Under the pieces are notes generated by a model. It did not search any database, had not been told where the DNA came from, and worked only from the letters and a program-made list of their open reading frames with translations. From assembly GCA_963695075.1 (NCBI GenBank), contig CAVOFR010000008.1:471975-535974 (forward strand): a stretch of 64,000 nt of DNA. The letters run 5' to 3'. This DNA is from an uncultured Acidimicrobiales bacterium. GTDB lineage: Bacteria > Actinomycetota > Acidimicrobiia > Acidimicrobiales > CAWCAL01. A program made the position numbers and the translations under genes. Each line of letters opens with the position of its first letter. Within the stretch, counting starts at the first letter, position 1. Positions 37,185-46,820 of this stretch are shown here, piece by piece.

Positions 37185-38084
37185 TCACCCCGGCGGTTCC
37201 GGGCCCGGACGATCGGGTGGTCCGGTGGGCGGTGAACTCGGCGGCGGTGGGAGCTCGCTTGCCGGCGGTGAGGTGTCGCCGTCTCCGGCCTCCGACGCGG
37301 CGCCCGCCCCCTGCTCGGCTCGGCTCCGCTCCAGGTGGTCCCGGACGGCGATCACACCGCCGAGCCCACTTGCGATGGCCGCGATCACCACGAGGAAGCC
37401 GACCAGCGGGTTGATGCGCGAACTGAGATCCTCCAACAACGGCTTGTCGGCCACGGCGACACTGATGGTGCCGTCGTAGACGGGCTCGAGTGATTCCACC
37501 GATTCACCGACGATGATCTCAGCCGTGATCCGGATCTCGTGTTCGCCCGGCTGGGTCGGCTCGATCTGATAGCCCCACCGACCGACACCGTCCTGGCCCA
37601 GTTCCTGCTTGGCCGAGTTCTCCTGTCGCACCCTGAACGACGGAGGAGCCGCCAGGATGACCTTCATCTCGGGGGTGACGCGCGGCAGGGATTCGATGTT
37701 CTCCACTTCCTCCTCGCCCAGTTCGACCCCCGCAGCACCGACGGCCTCGAGAAACTCCTCCTCGCTCCCCTGAGCGCCGACCCGCACGACGACCGCGTAG
37801 GTCTCGCCCTCGACCATCTCCGCCGGTACATCGTGGGTGATCTGACCCTCGACGACCTCGGCCGCCCCGGCGGCCGCATCGTCGTCCGGAATCGTGTCGG
37901 GCGGCTGATCGGTGGCGGTCACCGGTGGCCGGGTCGTACTCACCGGAGGGGCCCCGACGGTGGGGTCGGGGAAGTCACCCGTGTCGTCGCCCTCGATTTC
38001 CTCGACACCACCGCAGCCGGCGGCGAGTGCAGACAGCATCAGGACGGCGAAAAGCCGTCGTGTCCAACCCCAGCGCCCGGTACT
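37185..38084 (-). CDS. hypothetical lipoprotein with C-terminal TM helix and proline-rich tail
   Basis: Signal/lipobox RRLFAVLMLSALAAGC|GG, two beta-rich repeats, TM helix LVGFLVVIAAIASGLGGVIAV, and tail ...SPPASELPPPPSSPPTGPPDRPGPEPPG. Start guessed at TTG 38084; ATG 38039 would truncate the n-region. The track start at 38246 would run past the divergent ADH start (38219) and is unlikely. Confidence 0.45.
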   Translation of the reverse strand, partial: STGRWGWTRRLFAVLMLSALAAGCGGVEEIEGDDTGDFPDPTVGAPPVSTTRPPVTATDQPPDTIPDDDAAAGAAEVVEGQITHDVPAEMVEGETYAVVVRVGAQGSEEEFLEAVGAAGVELGEEEVENIESLPRVTPEMKVILAAPPSFRVRQENSAKQELGQDGVGRWGYQIEPTQPGEHEIRITAEIIVGESVESLEPVYDGTISVAVADKPLLEDLSSRINPLVGFLVVIAAIASGLGGVIAVRDHLERSRAEQGAGAASEAGDGDTSPPASELPPPPSSPPTGPPDRPGPEPPG

Positions 38085-38218
38085 CAAGGCCTCGCCCTCT
38101 GCTCGCGAATGGATCAGGGTACCGATCGAAGCCGACCTGCGCCTCGCCCGCGGCGACCCGAAAGCTGAGTTGGCCGTACTGTTGCAGCGATCACGCCCCG
38201 ACGGATTCGAGAACCGAC

Positions 38219-39433
38219 ATGAGAACCACACTCGAGCGTTTGGCACAGGCCGTCTTCATCCTGCTCGGCCGGGTCGTTGCCCGGCTGCTCCCGGATCGGA
38301 TCCCGGTGACGTTCGTCGGCGCCGAGGCGGTGGCCGAAATGTGCGAATCGATCGGCCACCGAGGTTTTCGGAGAGTGCTCGTCGTCTCGGATGCTGGTCT
38401 GGTCGAGGTCGGCATCGTCGACCGGGTGACAGAACCCCTCACCGCGGCGGGAGTGGCGTGGTCGCTCTACGCGGAGGTCCTCCCCGATCCGACGTTCGCC
38501 CAGGTCGAGGCCGGGCTCGACCGATACGAAGCCGACGGTTGCGATGCCGTGATCGCGGTCGGTGGTGGCTCGCCGATGGACGCGGCGAAGATGATCGCGG
38601 CCATGGCGACCAACGGCCGCCCCCTGCGAAAGCTCGAGGGGAAGTTCAGGGTGAGAAAGCCTCCGGCCCCGCTGTTCGCGATCCCGACGACCGCTGGGAC
38701 CGGTTCCGAGGTGACCGTGGCGGCGGTGGTGTCGGACTCCGAGACCCACGCCAAGCGGTTCTTCCTCGATCCCAAGCTCCTCCCGGAGATGGCCGCGCTC
38801 GACCCCACGCTCATGACCGGGCTGCCGCCGGCGATGACCGCCGCGACCGGCATGGATGCGCTGACCCACGCCGTGGAGTCCTTCATCTCCAAGACCTCGA
38901 CCGAGAAGACCGAGGCCTACGCCGAGGTGGCCGTACGCCTGATCTTCGAGAACCTCCCCAAGGCGTTCGCCGACGGCACCGACCTCGCGGCCCGCAAGGG
39001 CATGGCTTTGGCCTCGTACTACGCGGGGCTGGCCTTCACTCGGACCAGCCTCGGCTATGTCCACGCCATCGCTCACAACGTCGGGGCCGACTACGGCACC
39101 CCGCACGGGCTCGGCAACGCGATCGCTCTTCCCCTCGTACTCGACTTCTCGAAGGATTCGGCCGAAGGGCCCCTGGCCAAACTGGCCGAGCTCATCGGCC
39201 TCCAAGGCCGTAACGACGCCCAGAAGGCCCAGAAGTTCATCGAGGCCGTCCGCGAGCTCATGGCGCGAGTCGAGATTCCCTACCAGCTCGCCGCCCTGAG
39301 GGAAGAGGACATCACGTCGCTGGCCAAACGGGCGCGCGCCGAAGCCTTCCTCGACTACCCCGTACCCCGATTCATGAGCCAGGATCAGTGCGAGACCCTG
39401 TTGCACCGCATGTTGGTTCAGCCCGGCGGGTGA
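38219..39433 (+). CDS. iron-containing (group III) alcohol dehydrogenase
   Basis: ATG 38219 (MRTTLERLAQ...). GGGSPMDAAK, TTAGTGSE, and metal-site His residues in DALTHAVESF and HGLGNA. Confidence 0.9.
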   Translation: MRTTLERLAQAVFILLGRVVARLLPDRIPVTFVGAEAVAEMCESIGHRGFRRVLVVSDAGLVEVGIVDRVTEPLTAAGVAWSLYAEVLPDPTFAQVEAGLDRYEADGCDAVIAVGGGSPMDAAKMIAAMATNGRPLRKLEGKFRVRKPPAPLFAIPTTAGTGSEVTVAAVVSDSETHAKRFFLDPKLLPEMAALDPTLMTGLPPAMTAATGMDALTHAVESFISKTSTEKTEAYAEVAVRLIFENLPKAFADGTDLAARKGMALASYYAGLAFTRTSLGYVHAIAHNVGADYGTPHGLGNAIALPLVLDFSKDSAEGPLAKLAELIGLQGRNDAQKAQKFIEAVRELMARVEIPYQLAALREEDITSLAKRARAEAFLDYPVPRFMSQDQCETLLHRMLVQPGG

Positions 39434-41868
39434 GGGGACGTCGACCCGGGCCCGGTCGAGTCGGCGGACCGGTAGTTGAGTAGCCGCAGCGCGTTGGTGA
39501 CCACGACCAGCGTGCTGCCTTCATGGGCGACGACAGCGACGCTGATCCCGATACCGAGGATGGTCAGCGGGATGAGGACCGAGACGACCGCCAGACTGAA
39601 GAACAGGTTCTGCTTGATGGTTCGGCCGGCTCGGCGCGAGATGCCGACCGCGAGGGGCAGACGGTCGATTCGGTCGGCCATCAGGGCGATGTCGGCGGTT
39701 TCGAGCGCGACATCACTGCCGGCCGCCCCCATGGCGATACCGACGTTGGCCGCGGCGAGGGCGGGCGCGTCGTTGACTCCGTCGCCGATCATCGCCACCG
39801 GCCCATCGAGCGCGAGTCTCTTGACCGCATCGACCTTGTCGGACGGGAGCAGCCCGCCGCGAGCGTCGGCGATGCCGACCTCTCGGCCGACGGCCGTCGC
39901 CACCCGCTGGTTGTCTCCGGACAGCATGACGACCGCGTCGATACCGAGGGCGCGGAGTTCTTCGATCGCCGGCTTCGCCTGTCTGCGGGGGCTGTCCATC
40001 ACTCCGAGCACGCCGACGAAACACTCGCCCTGCCGCACGATGACCGTCGTGCGGCCGCGGCTCTCGAGCTCCTCCTGCACCTCCCGAACGGTCGGGCTCA
40101 ATTCGACATCGGCGAAGAACGAGGCGCTGCCGATCTTCACGAGCTCGCCATGGAGCTCGCCGGTGATTCCCTGACCGTTCGCGGCGGTCACATCGTCCGC
40201 CTGTTCCACGAGGTCGCCCCCGAGCCTGGCTGTCGCTCCGGCCGTGACGGCTCGGGCAATGGGATGATCGCTGGCCTGCTCGATCGACAGGGCGATCCGC
40301 AGAAGGTCGCGCTCACCGCCGGGGACCGTGGGTATGACGTCGGTCAGCACGGGCTCGCCTTCGGTGAGCGTGCCGGTCTTGTCGAAGGCGATCGCCTTCA
40401 CCGCGCCGAGCGCCTCCAGCGGTCCGCCACCCTTGACGAGGATCCCGCCCCGGGCGGCACGGGCGATGGCAGCGAGCACCGCGCTCGGCGTGGCGATCGC
40501 CAGAGCGCACGGGCTTGCCGCCACGAGCACCGCCATCGACCGCTCGAACGAATCGGCGAAGGGCTCTCCGAGCAGCGGCGGCACGACGAGGAGCGCTCCG
40601 ACCAGCAGCAGAACGGCCGGGACGAAGACCTTGACGATCCGCTTCGTGAGCCGCTGGGTGGGCGAGATCTGGGTCTCGGCCTCGGCGACGAGGTCCACGA
40701 CCCGGGCCAGGGTCGAGTCCTCGGCGGATCGAAGGGCCATGACGTCGATGGCGCCGTTCCCGTTGAGGGTGCCGGCGAAGGTGCGGTGGGCGGTCGGGAT
40801 GAACTCGATGCCGCTCGGTGCGGTCGATGGATCAGCCATCGGCGACTTGTCGACGGGGACGCTTTCCCCGGTGACGGCCGATTCGTCGATCGATGTCTCC
40901 CCGGCCACGATCACACCGTCCACCGGCAGTCGTTCGTCGGGTCGGACGACGACGATGTCACCCACGACGAGGTCCTCGATGGGCACGTCGACGGTCGGGT
41001 CTTCTCGCCGGCGAGCGGTCGGCGGCGCCAGGTGGCCCAGCGCCTCGATCGCGTACCGGGCCCGATTCATCGCATGACCCTCCAGGGCATGCCCGAGCGA
41101 GAACAGCACCAGGAGCAGCGCGGCATCCGACCATTGCCCCAGGAGCGAGGCCCCGACCGCGGCGATCAGCATCAACTGGTCGATGTCGAACACGCGAGCG
41201 CGGACGGACAACAAGGCATCGCGGGCGACGAAGACACCCGTCAGCGCCGCGGCGAAGACGTAGAGGCCGGTTACGGCCCCGTCGATGTCGGTGAACCAGT
41301 CCAGGGTCCGGGCCACCAGGTAGACGACCAGCGAAACACCGGCCGCACCCAGCTCGATCCGACCCGCACCGTGATCGTGACCGTGCCCTTCGGTGACGCG
41401 GTCGCCGTCTCTCCGTCGGACGGCGACCGCGGGCTTGATCCCGATCGACGGCAGCTGGGCGACGATCCGCTCCCCGGTCGTGGCCCCGAGGTCGTACTCG
41501 ACACGCATGCTGCCGTCGATCGTGACGGCTCCGTCGACGACACCCGGGAGGGACCGGAGCCGTTCGGTGAGTGCTCGCGCCCGAGCGGCGTGACCGGCCG
41601 ACGTCGTTTCGAGGATGAGGTGCCCGTACCGTTCCTCGATCTCGGCGCCGGCAGCTCGGACCCTGTCCTCCAGACGGGTGATCGACACCGCTCCCGGCTG
41701 GAGATGAAGACAGATCTTGGCCGGGCCTGCGCCGTCCGGATCGATGACGTGGACCGAATCGACTCCGTCGAGTCGGCAGAGGGTGTCGACGAGAACCTCG
41801 ACGCACCGGTCACGGGCGTCGTGGGCACCAGGGAGTACGACATCCAGATCGAGTTGCAGGGTGTCCAT
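39418..41868 (-). CDS. heavy-metal translocating P1B-type ATPase (SPC / HEGST signature, Co/Ni/Zn-type)
   Basis: TGES, FDKTGTLT, GDGVNDAPAL; transmembrane SPC (VAASPCALAIATP) and HEGSTLVVVTNALRLL. About 170-aa N-terminal extension with no CxxC, ending in EGHGHDHG. Confidence 0.95.
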   Translation of the reverse strand: MDTLQLDLDVVLPGAHDARDRCVEVLVDTLCRLDGVDSVHVIDPDGAGPAKICLHLQPGAVSITRLEDRVRAAGAEIEERYGHLILETTSAGHAARARALTERLRSLPGVVDGAVTIDGSMRVEYDLGATTGERIVAQLPSIGIKPAVAVRRRDGDRVTEGHGHDHGAGRIELGAAGVSLVVYLVARTLDWFTDIDGAVTGLYVFAAALTGVFVARDALLSVRARVFDIDQLMLIAAVGASLLGQWSDAALLLVLFSLGHALEGHAMNRARYAIEALGHLAPPTARRREDPTVDVPIEDLVVGDIVVVRPDERLPVDGVIVAGETSIDESAVTGESVPVDKSPMADPSTAPSGIEFIPTAHRTFAGTLNGNGAIDVMALRSAEDSTLARVVDLVAEAETQISPTQRLTKRIVKVFVPAVLLLVGALLVVPPLLGEPFADSFERSMAVLVAASPCALAIATPSAVLAAIARAARGGILVKGGGPLEALGAVKAIAFDKTGTLTEGEPVLTDVIPTVPGGERDLLRIALSIEQASDHPIARAVTAGATARLGGDLVEQADDVTAANGQGITGELHGELVKIGSASFFADVELSPTVREVQEELESRGRTTVIVRQGECFVGVLGVMDSPRRQAKPAIEELRALGIDAVVMLSGDNQRVATAVGREVGIADARGGLLPSDKVDAVKRLALDGPVAMIGDGVNDAPALAAANVGIAMGAAGSDVALETADIALMADRIDRLPLAVGISRRAGRTIKQNLFFSLAVVSVLIPLTILGIGISVAVVAHEGSTLVVVTNALRLLNYRSADSTGPGSTSPHPPG

Positions 41869-41889
41869 CGCTGCTCGAAACCCCGGCCT

Positions 41890-42291
41890 TCAGCGTTGGC
41901 TCGTCGCGGCCGCGTGGGCCAGGTGCTCCCGGGACAGGTCCAGCAGCATGCGCACGTGGGCATCGTCGAGTCGGTAGTGGACGTTGCGCCCGTCGCGACG
42001 GTTTCGCACCACACCCGCCGCTCGCAGCAACCGCATGGCCTGCGACACCTTCGTCTCCGAGGTCTCGACGACGGCGGCGATGTCACACACGCACAGCTCG
42101 CCGGCCTCGAGCAGCGCGAACAGAATCCGCACCCGGGTCGGATCGCCGAGCAGGCGGAACATCTCGGCCAGATCAACCGCCTCCTCCACCTCGATCAGCG
42201 ACGCTCCGACGGCCTCGACCTTGCCCGGGTGAACATCGCTCACGGCACACCCGTCCGGCCCGGTCAGGTCTGAAGCATCTGTCATCTGCAT
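41890..42291 (-). CDS. ArsR/SmtB-family metal-responsive transcriptional repressor
   Basis: LLGDPTRVRILFALLEAGELCVCDIAAVVETSETKVSQAMRLLRAAGVV...GRNVHYRL winged HTH. Sits immediately upstream of the ATPase gene on the same strand. Confidence 0.9.
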   Translation of the reverse strand: MQMTDASDLTGPDGCAVSDVHPGKVEAVGASLIEVEEAVDLAEMFRLLGDPTRVRILFALLEAGELCVCDIAAVVETSETKVSQAMRLLRAAGVVRNRRDGRNVHYRLDDAHVRMLLDLSREHLAHAAATSQR

Positions 42292-42410
42292 ACCTGTGAA
42301 GGTATCCGTTGGCGGCTCGGCCGGTCAACGCCACCACCGGCGAGCCCGTTCTCAACCAATTCTCATGGACCCCTTACGTCACTCATGGCACCGCCGGTCA
42401 GGCTCGGCTC

Positions 42411-43268
42411 ATGAACACCCTGCCTCCTCCAGCACGACCGCCAGATCTGCCCCCGTCCAGCCCTCCGCCCTCCCCGTGGCCACGCCGGCTGGCCATCCCC
42501 GCGCTCGCCGCGATGCTGGGCCTCGGCGGCGGCATCCTCGGAGCCTCGCTCGTCACGGACTCCGACGGCACGACACCGTCGACGATCCACTCCGAACCGG
42601 TCGCAGTCGGAGTCCAGGAAGGAGCGCTCGACGTCGGCGTCGTGCTCGACGCGCTCCAGAGCTCCGTCGTATCGATCGAGACGACGATCGACGTCGGCCA
42701 CAACCGCTTTCGTGGTCCGGCCGAAGCCGAGGGGGCCGGAACCGGGATCGTGTTGGACGACAGCGGCCACATCCTCACCAACGCCCACGTGGTCGGCGGT
42801 GCGACATCGATCATGGTCACGGCATCGGACGGGAGCAGCCCACGCCCCGCGACCGTGATCGCCACCGACGACGAAGCCGACATCGCCGTTCTGGTGGTCG
42901 AAGACACGACGGGACTCCGACCGGCGGAGATCGCCGAGGCCGGAACAACCGAAGTGGGTGATCAGGTCGTCGCCATCGGTAACGCGCTGGCACTGGATGG
43001 CAGCATGACCGTCACCCAGGGCATCATCTCAGCGGTGGATCGAACCCTCGAGACCCAGTCCGGCACGCTCACCGATCTCATCCAGACCGATGCCGCCATC
43101 AGCTCGGGCAACTCGGGTGGGCCCCTCGTGAACGACCTCGGGCAGGTGGTCGGGATCAACACGGCCGTGGCGACGAGCGGTGGCGGGGTGCAGGCCTCGA
43201 ACGTCGGCTTCGCCATTGCCATCGACAGTGCCCTCGAGGTCGCGTCGGACCTCGTTGGTCAGGGCTGA
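42411..43268 (+). CDS. trypsin-like (S1C/HtrA-type) serine protease without PDZ domain, membrane anchored
   Basis: ATG 42411; Pro-rich N-terminus plus a TM helix. Catalytic triad contexts are ILTNAHVV, EADIAVL and GNSGGPLV. Confidence 0.85.
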   Translation: MNTLPPPARPPDLPPSSPPPSPWPRRLAIPALAAMLGLGGGILGASLVTDSDGTTPSTIHSEPVAVGVQEGALDVGVVLDALQSSVVSIETTIDVGHNRFRGPAEAEGAGTGIVLDDSGHILTNAHVVGGATSIMVTASDGSSPRPATVIATDDEADIAVLVVEDTTGLRPAEIAEAGTTEVGDQVVAIGNALALDGSMTVTQGIISAVDRTLETQSGTLTDLIQTDAAISSGNSGGPLVNDLGQVVGINTAVATSGGGVQASNVGFAIAIDSALEVASDLVGQG

Positions 43269-43295
43269 GGGCCCCGCGGGAAGAGCGACCCTGAG

Positions 43296-43910
43296 TCAGC
43301 CCGACATGGTGAATTCGGCGAACGTGGTGCCGTCGCTGAAGCTGAGATCCTGCACGACGAGGTCGTAGCCACCTTCGTCGAGCTGGTTGACCACGACGGT
43401 GCCCGTTGCGGCGAAGTCCTCACCGAGATCGGTGAGCGGGCCGGGGCCGTCCGGGTCGAAATGGGCACAGATGCCTGTGCCGGCCACGGGGTCACCACAC
43501 GAGATGGCGAACGTGCCGGTCTCACCGGTCCACGCCTGACCCCAGACCGTGTACAGCTCGAGGGAGAGGAAGAACCCGTCGGCGTCATTGCTCGAGTGGA
43601 CATGGAAGTACGGGTCCTCCGCGGTCCCGGCGGCGGGGATGTAGGTGTCGGTGACGGCGTCCCAGTTGACCATCGCGAGGTCGCCGGTGAGATCGAGGGC
43701 CGGTTCGGGGGCGGCCGTGGTCTCCGGCGCCGTCGAGGTGGTCGGCGTGTCGGTCTCCGTCTCGGTCGACCCGGGCGCTTCGCTGGTGGGCGAGACCGTC
43801 GAGCTCGTTGTCCCCGTGTCGCCCGAGGCCCCATCGGTGTCGTCGTCGCCGCAGGCCACTGCGAGCAGGACGAGCGTCACCGCCACTGCGAGAACGCGTA
43901 ATCGGGACAT
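43296..43910 (-). CDS. hypothetical lipoprotein
   Basis: MSRLRVLAVAVTLVLLAVAC|GDDD lipobox, T/S/E/P-rich linker, and a ~130-aa globular domain with a Cys pair (ISCGDPVAGTGIC). No family recognised. Confidence 0.5.
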   Translation of the reverse strand: MSRLRVLAVAVTLVLLAVACGDDDTDGASGDTGTTSSTVSPTSEAPGSTETETDTPTTSTAPETTAAPEPALDLTGDLAMVNWDAVTDTYIPAAGTAEDPYFHVHSSNDADGFFLSLELYTVWGQAWTGETGTFAISCGDPVAGTGICAHFDPDGPGPLTDLGEDFAATGTVVVNQLDEGGYDLVVQDLSFSDGTTFAEFTMSG

Positions 43911-44108
43911 GCTGGTCTCCTCCAACGTCGGTTCACCGACGCAACCTCAGGACGATCCCAACCTAGGTGTCCGGCCCCGACGACGGTGGGACCGCCGCCG
44001 GCCCGGCGTCCAGGCCAGAGCTCATCGTCCCGCTGCCCGCGCGGCCCTAAGGTGAGCGCAACTCACAGCTCGATCACCGCGCTGAAGCGTTGGGCGAAGG
44101 GAAGGATC

Positions 44109-45860
44109 ATGGCCAAGATCGACGGCGGCGAGATGCTGGTCCGGATGCTCGAACAGGAGGGCGTCGACACCCTGTTCGTCCTCCACGGAGGGCACCTCGA
44201 CGCCATCCTTCAGGCGGCAGCGAGCCACGGGATGCGTCTGATCGACACCCGTCACGAACAGGCGGCCGGTCATGCGGCCGACGGTTGGGCGCGCACGACC
44301 GGTCGGACCGGGGTGGCCATCGTCACCGCCGGACCCGGATTCACCGACTGCCTCACCGCCATCGCCAATGCCCACCTCGACTGCGTCCCGACACTGTTCA
44401 TCGCGGGGGCAGCGCCCCTCGCCGAAGCCGAGACCCTTCCCCTCCAGGGCGGTCTCGACCAGTTGGCCATGGTCCAGCCCATAACCAAGTGGGCTCACCG
44501 CGTCACGAACACCCATCGAATCCCCGACCTAGCGGCTCAGGCCCTGCGAACGGCGCGGTCGGGCCGACCGGGCCCGGTCTACCTCGAGATCCCGATCGAC
44601 ATCCTGTTCGCCACGGTGGAGGAATCCTCCCTCTCCGTACCCTCGAGCGCCATCACCGCCAGTCCGGCGTCCCCCGAGGCGGCGGCGATCGATGACGCCA
44701 TTCGACGGTTGGCCGCGGCGGAACGGCCCGCGATCTACGCCGGCGGTGGCGCCTGGTTCTCCGACGCCGGATCCGAGCTGGTCGACTTCGCGGAGAAGAC
44801 CGGTATCCCGGTGTTCATGAATTCGAAGGCCCGGGGCATGATGCCTGCCGACAACCCCCTGAACGCCGGTGGATTCACCAACCTGGCCATGGCGGCGATG
44901 ATCGGAGCGGGAAGCACCGACTGCCTCCTCGTGCTGGGAGGCAGGCTCGGCCTGTTCACCGGTGGGAGCGGGACCGCGATGATCCCGGCCGACGCGACGG
45001 TGATCCAGGTCGACATCGCACCCGAGGAGATCGGCCGCAACCGCGACATCCAGGTCGGCATCGCCGCGGACTGCCGGGCGACCCTGCAGCTCCTGAACCG
45101 TGCCGCCGCCAACTGCGAGTGGCCCGACTGGTCCGCATGGCACGACGCGGTCGTCATGTTGAATCAGGGCGCCGACATGATGTTCGCCGAAGCGCTCCAA
45201 CGACCCGACTCGCCCATCCACCCCTACCGGCTGGCTCACGACATCGTCGCCGCCATCCCGGCCGATTCCGTCGTGACCGTCGACGGCGGCGAGACGGCGA
45301 CGTGGATGGAGATGGCCGGTGCGCCTCGAAGCGGTGGTAGCTGGTTGAGCCACGGCTACCTCGGGTGCCTCGGCACGGGCATGGCTTTCGCCATCGCAGC
45401 CCAGGTCGCCCATCCCGACCGGCCGGTGGTGTGCGTGATCGGCGACGGCTCGGTCGGACTCAACTTCTCGGAGTTCGACACGATGGTGCGCCACGGCCTC
45501 CCCATCGTCACCATCATCAACAACGACCAGCTCTGGGGCATGTCGGCCCACGGACAGGACCTCATCTACGGCGAGAACAAGCGGGTGGCATCCGAGCTGG
45601 GCCCGACCCGGTACGACCAGGCCGCGGCCGGATTCGGCTGCCACGCCGAGCTCGTGGAGGACCCGGCCGATCTCGGGCCGGCCATCGAGCGCTCCTTCGC
45701 CAGCGGCCTACCGGCGTGCATCAACGTGATGACCGATCCGTCGGTCATCTCGCCGGTCACGATGATGATGGTCGGAAGCACGGCCGAGAGGGGTCCGGAC
45801 GGCTCCGTTGAAGGCGACGGCACCATCCCGATCCCCTACTACAACGACATCGACGCCTGA
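44109..45860 (+). CDS. thiamine-pyrophosphate-dependent enzyme (acetolactate synthase large-subunit-like)
   Basis: GAAGGA RBS before ATG 44109. MLVRMLEQEGVDTLFVLHGG, HEQAAGHAADGWAR, and the TPP motif GDGSVGLNFSEFDT...IINNDQ. Confidence 0.9.
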   Translation: MAKIDGGEMLVRMLEQEGVDTLFVLHGGHLDAILQAAASHGMRLIDTRHEQAAGHAADGWARTTGRTGVAIVTAGPGFTDCLTAIANAHLDCVPTLFIAGAAPLAEAETLPLQGGLDQLAMVQPITKWAHRVTNTHRIPDLAAQALRTARSGRPGPVYLEIPIDILFATVEESSLSVPSSAITASPASPEAAAIDDAIRRLAAAERPAIYAGGGAWFSDAGSELVDFAEKTGIPVFMNSKARGMMPADNPLNAGGFTNLAMAAMIGAGSTDCLLVLGGRLGLFTGGSGTAMIPADATVIQVDIAPEEIGRNRDIQVGIAADCRATLQLLNRAAANCEWPDWSAWHDAVVMLNQGADMMFAEALQRPDSPIHPYRLAHDIVAAIPADSVVTVDGGETATWMEMAGAPRSGGSWLSHGYLGCLGTGMAFAIAAQVAHPDRPVVCVIGDGSVGLNFSEFDTMVRHGLPIVTIINNDQLWGMSAHGQDLIYGENKRVASELGPTRYDQAAAGFGCHAELVEDPADLGPAIERSFASGLPACINVMTDPSVISPVTMMMVGSTAERGPDGSVEGDGTIPIPYYNDIDA

Positions 45861-45917
45861 TCCCGTCGGGCCGGTGACAAGTCAGCGGATTCACCCGGTT
45901 CGCATAGGCTCCCGAAC

Positions 45918-46820
45918 ATGGCCTCAACAGGCGAGACCGAGTCCGAGCACCGCTCGGTAGCGGTCACGGTGAGCCGTCGCGACGTCGTCGTCGGCCTCGG
46001 CATGCTCCCGCTGTTGCGCCTGCTCCCCCGGTCGACGGTCGAGGCCGCGTTCGCTCAGAAGCCGGACGGGTACCGGTTCCTCGACGACCACGAGGCCCGG
46101 GTGGTCATCGAGGCCACCGCACGGCTGATCCCGGGTCCGCTCGACGATCCGGAGGAGGCGGGTCACCCCGGGGCCAGGGAGGCCGGCGTCGTCTTCTACA
46201 TCGACCGCATGCTCTCGGCCTTCCACGACGACCCGCCGCGGATCTTCGCCGGCGGACCGTTCAGCGACCGAGCCGGGGCCACCGACAACGAGCTCGAGAC
46301 CTTCATCCCGCTGACACCGGAACAGGAGGTGCAGTGGCGTGGACGCCTCGAGCACCTCGGCGCCACCTACCGCGACGGCATCGGGAAGCTCGACGCCGGG
46401 GCCGGTGGAGACTTCACAGCGGTGACGGGCGACGAACAGGACGCGATCCTGGTCGCGGAGACCGACTTCAGACGGGTGCTCTTCGAGCACGCCATCGAGG
46501 GCACATACGCGCTGCCCGAATACGGTGGAAACCGGGAGCTCACCGGGTGGGGCGAGATCGGCTATCCGGGCGACAGCGCTCCCCGCGGCTTCACCGCCAC
46601 GGAGGTGAGCGACTCCGACGGTCCGGATGAAGCCCCCGCCGACGTACCCCTGCCCTATGCGCCGGCCTCAGCACGGGGCGAGCGTCCGACCGCTGCTCTC
46701 CTCGGAGAGATCGAACCGCCGGCCGAGGTCGATGACCTGTCCGGTGTCATTCCCGACCTCGGAGCATTCCTCGATGCGGCCCTGCCCGGGTTGGGACGGA
46801 GGGGGTCGCATCGTGGCTGA
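45918..46820 (+). CDS. gluconate 2-dehydrogenase subunit 3 family protein (Tat-signal small subunit)
   Basis: Twin-arginine-like signal VSRRDVVVGLGMLPLL, then FLDDHEARVVIEATARLIPGP, typical of this family. Confidence 0.7.
   Translation: MASTGETESEHRSVAVTVSRRDVVVGLGMLPLLRLLPRSTVEAAFAQKPDGYRFLDDHEARVVIEATARLIPGPLDDPEEAGHPGAREAGVVFYIDRMLSAFHDDPPRIFAGGPFSDRAGATDNELETFIPLTPEQEVQWRGRLEHLGATYRDGIGKLDAGAGGDFTAVTGDEQDAILVAETDFRRVLFEHAIEGTYALPEYGGNRELTGWGEIGYPGDSAPRGFTATEVSDSDGPDEAPADVPLPYAPASARGERPTAALLGEIEPPAEVDDLSGVIPDLGAFLDAALPGLGRRGSHRG

Noticed and set aside
39523-42273. 916-aa ORF on the plus strand, the longest in the track
   Set aside because: It is exactly antisense to the P-type ATPase and ArsR genes. 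Its translation is R/G/D/H-rich with no recognisable motifs, while the minus-strand products have complete P1B-ATPase and ArsR signatures. This is a typical high-GC antisense ORF artefact.
42290-42305. Short palindrome ATACC-TGTGAA-GGTAT at the arsR start as a possible ArsR/SmtB operator
   Set aside because: The arms are only 5 bp, the palindrome overlaps the ATG itself, and it does not resemble the 12-2-12 operators I know. It is too weak to call without binding data.
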